From Candidatus Obscuribacteraceae bacterium (GTDB taxonomy: Bacteria; Cyanobacteriota; Vampirovibrionia; Obscuribacterales; Obscuribacteraceae), in contig JBGAHS010000009.1 of the NCBI GenBank assembly GCA_044226015.1, positions 224,001-288,000 of the forward strand: a stretch of 64,000 bases of DNA, given 5' to 3'. The notes under the pieces are model-generated. The model saw only the letters and a list, made by a program, of their open reading frames with translations, was not told the origin of the DNA and made no database searches. This document shows positions 19,127 to 27,961 of the stretch, piece by piece (position 1 is the stretch's first letter; each line of letters starts with the position of its first letter). The position numbers were made by a program, and so were the translations under genes.

Positions 19127-20452
19127 ATGTCTCTGAAACCTTCTCTCATAAGCTCATTCGCCATATCAGTTCAGGAGCAAAAGTTGGACAAGCGCACAAA
19201 AATACTTGATGCCGCTGCCAGCTCTTTTCTGCGAAAAGGCTTTGCTGAAACAAGCATTGATGACATAGTGGAGGAGAGCGGTGTCGTTAAACAGACCATC
19301 TACAACTATTTTGAAAACAAAGAAGCTCTTTTTCTTGCTGTAGTAGATTTTTTACTAGCCAAGAATGCCGGTGAACCTTTTTTACCTGAGCTGCATAACC
19401 TTGCTCCAAAAGAATTCTTCGAAAAGATGGGTAAGCAGTTAATCAAGGCGATTACTGAGCCTTCGATGCGTGATTTCTTAAGCTTGATCGTCCAAGAATG
19501 CAGGCGCTTTCCAGTGCTGCAGCAAATTTATGCAGAAAAGATTCCACGTCCATTTGTTGATGCGATTAAATCTTATATTCTTTCGCGAAATGCGAGTCTT
19601 TCAGATGATTATGCTGAGACTCTGTCGTGGGCTTTTCGACTCACAATAACTGGATTTGCAACGCTCTCCAATTTGGCTAGCTTACTACCCTATCCTATTC
19701 CTAATAGAAGTCGATACCTGCAAACTGCAGCAAGCTCTTATGCAGCGGTGCTGGCGCTGCCAGGACCCGAGCCGTCAGTGCCAAAGTCTTTGCCGGAAAT
19801 TGATAATAGCTCATCTGTTTTACCCGATGAGCTAGCTGATATCTGCGAGTTTTTCAAATCACAAAAAGACGCGCTTGGCGAAAAGAAGATGTTGATTATG
19901 CAAGCTGCAATCAGATTGCTTTCGACTAAGGGTCTTGCTGATACCAGCATGGAAGAGATTGCTGTACAAGCCAAGGTTTCAAAGCAAACCGTTTACAAAC
20001 ACTTTCGAAGCAAGAGTTTTCTCTACTCGTTTTTATGTAAATCAATCAGTTCAGAATTGTTCTCGCTGAAACTGACCGAAGAAGAGCTTGCTAGCAGTGA
20101 TTACTTAATGCTGTTTTTTAGTAAGTTGTCGGGAGTTTCTTCCCAGTGCTGGGTTAGGGAATATTTGCGCATGCTTTTCGGCGAAGCCAAAAGCTTCCCT
20201 GCTGAAGCCGGAATGATGTTGCTCTTTATTATCGAACATGGCAGAGAGCAAATTGAGTCAAAACTCAAAAGCATTCTGGCTGGCTCAGATGCAGATGTGG
20301 AATCTGTCTCCGTAATGCTCAGGTGCACCATGGGCAGTTTCATTCTATTGAACCAAATATTTGTGGTTGCAGAGAATCAATTTCTGACGACAGATTCACT
20401 GCTTACAATATTGGCAGAGCTCGTCAAAGAGATAAGAAAAAACGAAGCTTGA
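19127..20452 (+). CDS. Tandem (double) TetR/AcrR family transcriptional regulator
   Basis: Two HTH modules, KGFAETSIDDIVEESGVVKQTIYNYFENKEALF and KGLADTSMEEIAVQAKVSKQTVYKHFRSKSFLY, each followed by a ligand-binding-like domain. Confidence 0.92.
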   Translation: MSLKPSLISSFAISVQEQKLDKRTKILDAAASSFLRKGFAETSIDDIVEESGVVKQTIYNYFENKEALFLAVVDFLLAKNAGEPFLPELHNLAPKEFFEKMGKQLIKAITEPSMRDFLSLIVQECRRFPVLQQIYAEKIPRPFVDAIKSYILSRNASLSDDYAETLSWAFRLTITGFATLSNLASLLPYPIPNRSRYLQTAASSYAAVLALPGPEPSVPKSLPEIDNSSSVLPDELADICEFFKSQKDALGEKKMLIMQAAIRLLSTKGLADTSMEEIAVQAKVSKQTVYKHFRSKSFLYSFLCKSISSELFSLKLTEEELASSDYLMLFFSKLSGVSSQCWVREYLRMLFGEAKSFPAEAGMMLLFIIEHGREQIESKLKSILAGSDADVESVSVMLRCTMGSFILLNQIFVVAENQFLTTDSLLTILAELVKEIRKNEA

Positions 20453-20453
20453 A

Positions 20454-20930
20454 TTACTCTTGCTCAAGTTCCGGCGTGAGATCCATTATGCCCGGAGTTG
20501 CTGTGGGGTCATCTGCTCTAACCAGGCACAGGCTTATTGGGCATTTGTCTACTAGGTAATGCACCACAGGATCTCTGCTCATGTAAAATCGAGGCTTCTG
20601 ATGCAAGTTGGTTGTTCCAACAAATAGCAGATTTACACCCAGTTCGATTGCCGCTTTGACTATGCCTGGAGCTACTTCACCAACGCGAAGTTCGCCTCTG
20701 GCATTGATGCCTTTTTCTTTTAGTTTTGCGACCATCATGTCGATTTGCTTTTGCGCTTTTCCTTGCGGGCGATCACTCGCGATCAACTGCGCAATAACAC
20801 CGACTTTTTCTGCATCAGGAAGAACTCTGACAAGAATCAACTCTGCACCAACAGCTAGCGCATGGCGCGCAGCGACTGTCACTACCGGAGATGAACGCTT
20901 AGGGCTGCTAAAAGCCACCATGAATTTCAT
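20454..20930 (-). CDS. Universal stress protein (UspA family)
   Basis: Usp fold pattern: MVAFSS, GAELILVRV, GEVAPGIVKAA, LLFVGT, YLVDKCPISLCLV. Confidence 0.85.
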   Translation of the reverse strand: MKFMVAFSSPKRSSPVVTVAARHALAVGAELILVRVLPDAEKVGVIAQLIASDRPQGKAQKQIDMMVAKLKEKGINARGELRVGEVAPGIVKAAIELGVNLLFVGTTNLHQKPRFYMSRDPVVHYLVDKCPISLCLVRADDPTATPGIMDLTPELEQE

Positions 20931-20939
20931 AGTCGTCTC

Positions 20940-21974
20940 CTACGCGTGCCAGACAAATCTGAGGATAGCATAAGTGATGGCAGCAAATGTTGCTGCTACT
21001 GGAAGCGTGAGCACCCAGGCCAGCACAATCAAGCGCATTGTTGTAGCATTCAATTTTTTTGCGCCATAAACGGGTATAGTGCCGCCCGCAACAGCTGAGC
21101 TAAGAGTGTGAGTGGTACTTATCGGAGCACCAACGTGCGAGGCGATCAAAATGATGAGCGCCGTGCTCATTGATGCACCAAAACCTTGTGAGTGGGTGAG
21201 CTTCTCTCTGCTAATTTTGGTGCCAACCGTGCGAATGACTTTCCACCCGCCAATCATTGTGCCAAGTGCAATTGCAAGTGCTGCAGATACCATAACCCAC
21301 AATGGAACTTCAGTTGCGCTAAAACCGTATTGAGCAAAATGGGTAGCTAAAATCAGAGTTATGATGCCCATTGTTTTTTGCCCATCGTTGCTTCCATGAC
21401 TGAAACTGACCGATGCGCTGGAGAGGACGTGTAACCACCTCATGATTTTTGAGTGGGGCTGGTCGCCGCTGCTGCCCTCGTGTTCTTTTTCGCCTGAAAT
21501 CTTGAGCGCTGCCCAAGTGAATGCAGCCCCGGAGAGGAATCCGACCACTGGAGAGATGAGTAATCCCATACCAACATGCTGCAGTTCTGCCCAGCTAATT
21601 CCGTTGAATCCATGAGCTGCTACGCCGGCACCTGTCAGAGCACCAATAAGGCAATGCGATGAGCTGACGGGAAGTCCTTTCCACCAGGTTAAGAGATTCC
21701 AGAAAACAGATGCTAATAGAACGCTGACTATCAGTGGAAGTGAAACCTGGTCTGCAGGAATAATCTTAGTGATCACCATGGCAACTGCAGTGCCAACCAT
21801 CACGCAGCCGAGGAAATTCAAAATTCCAGCCATAACTATTGCTACGCCTGGTTTTAGAGCCTTTGTATATATTACCGTAGCAACTGCGTTTGCCGTGTCA
21901 TGGAAACCATTCACAAAATCAAAGCCAAGTGCCAGAAGGATGGCGATGACAGCGATTGTGGTATCGGCGTTCAT
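20940..21974 (-). CDS. Inorganic phosphate transporter, PiT family
   Basis: NGFHDTANAVAT, GLPVSSSH, HGSNDGQKTMG and GAPISTTH signatures. Confidence 0.95.
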   Translation of the reverse strand: MNADTTIAVIAILLALGFDFVNGFHDTANAVATVIYTKALKPGVAIVMAGILNFLGCVMVGTAVAMVITKIIPADQVSLPLIVSVLLASVFWNLLTWWKGLPVSSSHCLIGALTGAGVAAHGFNGISWAELQHVGMGLLISPVVGFLSGAAFTWAALKISGEKEHEGSSGDQPHSKIMRWLHVLSSASVSFSHGSNDGQKTMGIITLILATHFAQYGFSATEVPLWVMVSAALAIALGTMIGGWKVIRTVGTKISREKLTHSQGFGASMSTALIILIASHVGAPISTTHTLSSAVAGGTIPVYGAKKLNATTMRLIVLAWVLTLPVAATFAAITYAILRFVWHA

Positions 21975-22072
21975 TGGATTTGGAAAAACTCCAGCACTAA
22001 CTTATAGCGGGAATATAACCGCTTATCGGTTAAGGAGTCCCTATGGAGTTTGCTCTTTCATAATTCTTGATA

Positions 22073-22387
22073 CTAGACTCTGACGAGACCTAGTGCTTCA
22101 ACCGGTTGCAGCGAATCCTCGTCTGTATAGACCCAGAGATCGCCCTGTCGCCATGGTAGCGGTTTTCTTAACAGATACTTATAAACAAGGAGCTGCTGAA
22201 TAATCCGCTGGGCGCTGGGGTTATTTTCTCCGCGCCTATCGTTTGCCAGGCGCGTGCGCAGCTGAATCGCTTCGCGTTTTGTCCAGCAGTATGCTGGTCC
22301 GGGATTGTTTCCCTTAGACCTGCATAAAACAGCTACTTTTCCCGATGCCTGGGGCAGTCCCAGAACAAAATATGCTTCGTCAGCCAT
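22073..22387 (-). CDS. Hypothetical protein
   Basis: 104-aa ORF with AAGGAAG upstream and no competing long ORF. Confidence 0.6.
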   Translation of the reverse strand: MADEAYFVLGLPQASGKVAVLCRSKGNNPGPAYCWTKREAIQLRTRLANDRRGENNPSAQRIIQQLLVYKYLLRKPLPWRQGDLWVYTDEDSLQPVEALGLVRV

Positions 22388-22595
22388 ATGTTTAAATGTG
22401 CTTCCTTGTCTTTTGGCTACAGATAATCAAGCAAAATGCGGCCGACTCAATTATCATATGATTGTGCAAGCTTGGCAAATGAACTGCTTATATGACTTGG
22501 ATATTAGATAAATTCAAGTAATGAGCCACCACCACTAGTGGTGTGTATACAAGTTTGCTTAGCAATGCATCGAGAGTATTTACCAGACAGAATTT

Positions 22596-23555
22596 ATGAA
22601 AAGCATTGTAATTTACCATACGGCTGCAATCGGCGACTCCATTTTGGCTTTGCCTGTTAGTTTGATGCTGAAAAAGGCGTTTCCAGACGCACGAATAAAC
22701 TATATCGCTCATGAGTCGATCGTAGCTCTGTTGTCGCTGTGTCCGAGTATTGATGGATTCATTCCATATACAGATCAGCCTGTACTCGAACTTCGTAAAG
22801 CGATTCAGGAGCTTCATCCTGATTTGATAGTTGACCTTAGCAACTCGATGAAAAGCATTTCTCAAACAGTGTTTTTGGCAAAAAATATTGTTCGCTACAA
22901 GAAAGATCCGGCAATCCATGCTGTTGATAACTTTCTTGGAACGATTGCTTCAATTTGTGAAACGAGTGCAGAGAATTATTTTCCATGCATGTTTCCTCCA
23001 GAAGATATGAAGGAAAAAATGCGCAAGATTCTGCCGCAAGAAGGTCGCAGATATCTCGCGCTTGTTCCAGGCGTTGGAACTCTTCGACCGCATCGCGCAT
23101 GGCCGGAGGACAACTGGGTTGCTTTAGCAAAGCATATACTTTGGGAAAAGGATCACTCTATAGTCTTGATTGGTGGACCTGATGAGAGAACTCTCTGCTC
23201 TCGAATTGCTGAGAAAATTGGAGAGAACTGTTATAACTTTGCAGGCAAGTTAAGCCTAGTTGAAACAGCTACAGTTTTCAGCATGTGTGATGGCACCGTA
23301 GCTAGTGACACTGGACCGGCGCATCTCTCGATAGCCTGCGATACTCCTGTCGTTGGACTATATGGTCCCACTCTCATGGAACGGAGCGGTCCATATGGAT
23401 GTGATGGTCTAACTCTTACGGTATCTGACAAATGCAAGTGTTTGAATCGCAAGACTTGCTCTCTTCAAGAAGGGTCTGGATTCTGCATGAAGGAAATTCC
23501 GATGAAGCTTGTTTACGGAAACCTCAGCCAGATCTTCCCCTGGAATAGAGTTTAG
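22596..23555 (+). CDS. Glycosyltransferase family 9 (ADP-heptose:LPS heptosyltransferase-like)
   Basis: AAIGDSIL, HRAWP, GKLSLVET and SDTGPAHLSIACDTPVVGLYGPT motifs. Confidence 0.93.
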   Translation: MKSIVIYHTAAIGDSILALPVSLMLKKAFPDARINYIAHESIVALLSLCPSIDGFIPYTDQPVLELRKAIQELHPDLIVDLSNSMKSISQTVFLAKNIVRYKKDPAIHAVDNFLGTIASICETSAENYFPCMFPPEDMKEKMRKILPQEGRRYLALVPGVGTLRPHRAWPEDNWVALAKHILWEKDHSIVLIGGPDERTLCSRIAEKIGENCYNFAGKLSLVETATVFSMCDGTVASDTGPAHLSIACDTPVVGLYGPTLMERSGPYGCDGLTLTVSDKCKCLNRKTCSLQEGSGFCMKEIPMKLVYGNLSQIFPWNRV

Positions 23556-23566
23556 AGTTTAGTTTC

Positions 23567-26500
23567 CTATTTGATAACAGGTACTGTGTGGACGACATTT
23601 CTGAGATCTGCACTTTCGAATTCAGCCACGTACGATCTCCAATTGCGAGAAAGGTCTTTTACAGCCATTTCTCTGACGATTGAATTTGGAATGTGCAACT
23701 GGAAGGTCTTTCGTCCACCATTCTGCTTATGCAGATAGCGAAAAGCTTTGCTCGCGCTGCTCTGGTAGTAAGCAATAGTTTGCCATTCTGCATTGTATTG
23801 GCGTTCGAGCCTGGCGTGAAAAACTTCTTCGTCATCTCTGTCACAAGTATATTCAATAACTATTCTCGTATCAGTCGAAAGAATCTTGATATCGAGGTTG
23901 TCTTCTGCCACCAGTGGCAACTCAACGTCCTTTGATTGGAAGTAGATCTTCGAGTCGTTTTTATTGTTGTGTTCTGCAATATCTTTCAGCTTGTTCAGGA
24001 ATTGCTCTATCTCTTTCCACTCGCCGGTCGAATATTGTTCGTTCGGTGAAAATGTAGGACGCGATTTCTTTTTTCTTCTCTCAAGCGGCGTAAAGTCAAT
24101 TGCTGTCTCTTTGCTTGATTCTGTGCTCTGATTCTTGCTAACAACTTCTTCTATTGTTCGGCTAATCGTTTGAATCAGTTCATCAGCTTCCTGCCAGACG
24201 TTATTTTTATCTCCGCGCTTTGCTACGAGGACTTTGTTGTTTGAACCTTTGCCGAAGTAAAGCCCAGCGAACACTTTCATTTCTTTTGAAGTAGGCAGCC
24301 AGATTATTTGTCCTACTTTGAGCACTAGCTCGCGCTGTCCATTTCTTGATTGATATTTGAGCTGTCCCCTATTGACCATTTCGATCAACTGGTCAAATCT
24401 GGAGTCTCCCAAAATTGATTTTGCAATGGATTGAAGTGTGTCGCCTTCCTTTACTACATATTTTTTTCTTGACTCATTTTCATTGGACGATTTGTCTTCT
24501 GAGTCTTGGTTTTCGTCAAGATCTACATCCGTTTTCTTCTTTCCAGCCAGGATGAGATTGAGTATTTCGTCATCGTGATCGGAATTTTGTTCAAGGATGT
24601 CCTTTTTGTCCTCGTCATCACTATCATCTTCTTGTTCGTCGTCAAGAGAGTCAGCGTCGTTCTTATCGGTCAGGTCCTGAACCTTTCGTCCATCTGGTTG
24701 GGCATCGGAACCTTTCAATCCACCTTTCTTATCATCTTTGTTATCTAGTTCTTCATTGGCACCGGTTTTAATACCAGTTGATGGATCGATCTTTCCTGCT
24801 TTGTTTCCAATCAGGGTTGATTCATCAACTTTGGACGCATCTCCCTTCGTTTTGCCGGTTCCAAGGTCTACAATCTTTCCGCTGTCAATTGCGGTTTTGC
24901 CATCAAGAGGCAAAATTCCTTTTACGTCAATCGGAGTACCTTTGATGCTTGTAGGGTCAAGCTGTCTGCTGGCTGCGATTAAGTCTTTGAGTGAGATCGC
25001 TTCGCCCGAATTCAATTTTGATGACTTGTTTCCGGCATCTACATTAATGTTCCTTGCAGCATCACCGAGTGAAGCCCGTTTCAATTCTGATGCGATTTCG
25101 TTAATTCGCATGATTGGGTTTTGAAACAACGGCAATTCGGTTTTGCTCAAAGAAGTTTGAGCTGCAGAAACTGTTCTGATTTCGCTGGAGTTGTTTGCTT
25201 TATCGCCGACCGAAGCAACAATGTTTGAGAGCTTGTTTTCTACAACACTTTCGATTTTATTGATGAGCTGCGCGATAGGATTCTTATGCTCCTTGTCTGC
25301 AGCGGCCATCTCATACTTTTCATTTGAGGGCGTGATGGCTTTGCTGACGACTTGTGGTGTATCGTCTTTCTCGATTTTCGGTGCTGCTGGAACTGAATTA
25401 GCGAAGAGTTGTTGGAGCAGTCGTTCGTGCTCGAGAGATTTATCCTCGTCTTTTTTCTTGTTTTCTGAGACTGGCTCAGCTTTCGACTCAAGGGGTCTGA
25501 TGTCTTTTTTGAATTCTTGAGTGTTTACTTCGGTTTTGAACTCCTGCGGTCTTGTTTCGCTGAGTCTAGTTTCTATCGCTTTTGCTCCGAGGTCTTTTGG
25601 TTCCGCCGTTAATTTTTCTGTATTTCTAGGTTCAGGAGACTTAACCGTATCGGAAATTCTATTATCTAAACGAGATGACTGATCCTTGTTTAGTGCTGAT
25701 ACAACGTCAGCGACTTTTCCTGAATCTTTCGGGTTTTGCGGGTTTTGGCTATTGTCCAGCAAAGTGCTAAGGAGAGTTCGGTCTTCAGGACCCTTGCCTT
25801 TTTCAGGAGCTGGCAAGATGCCGATTTCCTTTCCTTTGGGATCTGCAGCAGGATCTCCACCAGGGTGAGATTTGCTCTCTGCAGGTACCGCTTCAGCAAG
25901 TGGTTTTGTTGTGTTAGCCAATCCATGCAAGATGCCACTACCAATAGTGTCTCCCGGAGAAGGTACTCTTTCCTTAGTCTGTTGTCCACCTATATCTGAG
26001 TCCTTGCGATTGGGCTGGGGTTCTGGAGATCCTGAACCTTGTGAATTAATTCTAGGTACGGATGGTTCTATAGCTTTGTCCGGCAGAGCCTTCACAACAT
26101 TGGGTTGCTTAGAATCAGCATGGATATCCGAATTCGATGGCACTATTTTTTGATCAGATGCAACAAGATCTTGCATCCCACCCTTTTCAGAATTCAGCAG
26201 CTTTTTTATTCCTGGAATTGTTTCCGTGGCTTCGCCTTTGGCGGGTGAGGCGTCAGGAATCACGTCCTTGGGGGCGTCCTTGTGTTGAGGCTGATTTATT
26301 AATTGAGATAGCGGGGGTGCTGTAGATGATTCTGAGTCTTCATTTCTTGGCTTGTTTTCTTTTTCGACTTTTGGTACTGCAGGTGGCAGAACGGCGTCTG
26401 CCTGAGTTCCTGATGGCTGCTCGTGGTTCTGAGCTTGTTGATTTATGTGCTTCTCGCCCTCTGCTTCTGGAGCGCGCTTGGCGGCATGCGGTAACAGACT

Positions 26501-27166
26501 CTCACTTCGCTCGGAAGGATCATGTTTAGTGCTATCTGAAGCTTTTACTTCTGGCTGTGAAGCGCTAGTCCCACTGTCAGATTCGCCTGATGGCTTAATT
26601 GCTTGCTTAGTTTTTTCACCTTGAAGGCTTTGCTCTTCAGCTGAAACAGTCTCGCCTGTAGTGCCTGACTCAGTAGGTCGCTTTGTGTGAGCGGGTTTAG
26701 CTCCTGGATTAGTCTCGGTCGGTGCAGATTGCGTTGCCGCTGTAGCCAGGTCCTCAGTGCCATTAGTTCCTACGGCACTCGAGTCAGCTGATGGAGAAGC
26801 TGGCGTAGGTTTTGAGCCTGACTTGGTGTTGCTGCCTTCCTGCCTCTCATTGTTTCCCCCGGCAGATCCACTTGCCGGCTGATTTCCTCTAGCGTCTCGG
26901 TTGCTTGAATCTCCTTCCGTAATCAGAACTTCCGGAAGTACTTGTTTTTGCACAGCGTTGTTACCGTACGCTGTCATGTCCTTTACTATTTGCGGACTAT
27001 CAGGTCCCAAATCGGACATTCTCTCGCGTGCCTGCTCGTTCTGGGCTTCCCGTGAATCGGGTTGCTCTTCGTGGTCGGTAGAATCGCGACCATCAACATA
27101 CGGAGTTTCCGCAGTTTCTTTTCTTGAAGTCTCAATCGGTGGGCTCATGGTTAGAATCAGCCCCAT
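23567..27166 (-). CDS. Large low-complexity protein with LysM-like domain and conserved ~90-aa C-terminal domain
   Basis: About 900 aa of S/K/E/P-rich sequence, acidic tract, KYVVKEGDTLQSIA LysM, C-terminus homologous to ORF 52075-56340; no signal peptide visible. Confidence 0.85.
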   Translation of the reverse strand: MGLILTMSPPIETSRKETAETPYVDGRDSTDHEEQPDSREAQNEQARERMSDLGPDSPQIVKDMTAYGNNAVQKQVLPEVLITEGDSSNRDARGNQPASGSAGGNNERQEGSNTKSGSKPTPASPSADSSAVGTNGTEDLATAATQSAPTETNPGAKPAHTKRPTESGTTGETVSAEEQSLQGEKTKQAIKPSGESDSGTSASQPEVKASDSTKHDPSERSESLLPHAAKRAPEAEGEKHINQQAQNHEQPSGTQADAVLPPAVPKVEKENKPRNEDSESSTAPPLSQLINQPQHKDAPKDVIPDASPAKGEATETIPGIKKLLNSEKGGMQDLVASDQKIVPSNSDIHADSKQPNVVKALPDKAIEPSVPRINSQGSGSPEPQPNRKDSDIGGQQTKERVPSPGDTIGSGILHGLANTTKPLAEAVPAESKSHPGGDPAADPKGKEIGILPAPEKGKGPEDRTLLSTLLDNSQNPQNPKDSGKVADVVSALNKDQSSRLDNRISDTVKSPEPRNTEKLTAEPKDLGAKAIETRLSETRPQEFKTEVNTQEFKKDIRPLESKAEPVSENKKKDEDKSLEHERLLQQLFANSVPAAPKIEKDDTPQVVSKAITPSNEKYEMAAADKEHKNPIAQLINKIESVVENKLSNIVASVGDKANNSSEIRTVSAAQTSLSKTELPLFQNPIMRINEIASELKRASLGDAARNINVDAGNKSSKLNSGEAISLKDLIAASRQLDPTSIKGTPIDVKGILPLDGKTAIDSGKIVDLGTGKTKGDASKVDESTLIGNKAGKIDPSTGIKTGANEELDNKDDKKGGLKGSDAQPDGRKVQDLTDKNDADSLDDEQEDDSDDEDKKDILEQNSDHDDEILNLILAGKKKTDVDLDENQDSEDKSSNENESRKKYVVKEGDTLQSIAKSILGDSRFDQLIEMVNRGQLKYQSRNGQRELVLKVGQIIWLPTSKEMKVFAGLYFGKGSNNKVLVAKRGDKNNVWQEADELIQTISRTIEEVVSKNQSTESSKETAIDFTPLERRKKKSRPTFSPNEQYSTGEWKEIEQFLNKLKDIAEHNNKNDSKIYFQSKDVELPLVAEDNLDIKILSTDTRIVIEYTCDRDDEEVFHARLERQYNAEWQTIAYYQSSASKAFRYLHKQNGGRKTFQLHIPNSIVREMAVKDLSRNWRSYVAEFESADLRNVVHTVPVIK

Positions 27167-27418
27167 GCTGTTGGACTCAGTGAAGGTCCTCGCAGAAGGC
27201 TACTGGTAAAAATGGGTGGCTGGTTGATTGGGCTGGCGGGGAGAAAGTTCGCTATCTTTGAGCAATCAATATTCCAGTTTGGACAGAAACTAGATTATTT
27301 TTTTCAGGATCGCTAAACTGATTTTGCACACTTCCTCTCTATCAATATGCGATAAAAAAGGAACATGCAATAGGTTCATCAGTGCAGAGAATCTGCGTAA
27401 TTACGCAAAAGGAATTTA

Positions 27419-27961
27419 ATGTTCAAAGGCAGCTTTGTTTTGCTTGCAATTCTTCTGGCAGTTTGTGCTACATCCGCAGAATCCAAGTCGGATGGGACAT
27501 TTCCAGGAAAAGGTAGTTATACAGCCTGGGTAAATGCTAACCATTTCCTGACTTTTGGTAATCAATATGCGGAAAAAGGTGAGCTGGACAAGGCATTAGA
27601 GTGCTACAAAAAAGCTGTTCATACCTACGAGTTCGACAGTGCCTACTATTTCAACATGGCCAATGCCTTCGCGATGAAAGGGCAGTATTCAATTGCCGAA
27701 GAGTCCTATCGCAGAGCTATCGATTTAGAATCAGACTATTTTCAAGCCTGGCTTAATCTCGGACATTCAATAGCCAGGCAAGGTCGCCCTCATGATGCTG
27801 CTGTGGCATTGAAGCATGCCGCACAGCTGGCTCAAAATCCTATTGAGAAGGAAGCCATCGAAAAACAAGTTTTGCAGTTCGAACAACTGCCTCAAATGGA
27901 GAGTCCAGCAACTCCTAAAAAGGAAAAGCAGAAGAAAAAGAAAAAAGCTAAGAATGACTAA
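27419..27961 (+). CDS. Exported tetratricopeptide repeat protein
   Basis: Signal peptide; TPRs such as AYYFNMANAFAMKGQYSIAEESYRRAIDLE; Lys-rich tail. Confidence 0.88.
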   Translation: MFKGSFVLLAILLAVCATSAESKSDGTFPGKGSYTAWVNANHFLTFGNQYAEKGELDKALECYKKAVHTYEFDSAYYFNMANAFAMKGQYSIAEESYRRAIDLESDYFQAWLNLGHSIARQGRPHDAAVALKHAAQLAQNPIEKEAIEKQVLQFEQLPQMESPATPKKEKQKKKKKAKND

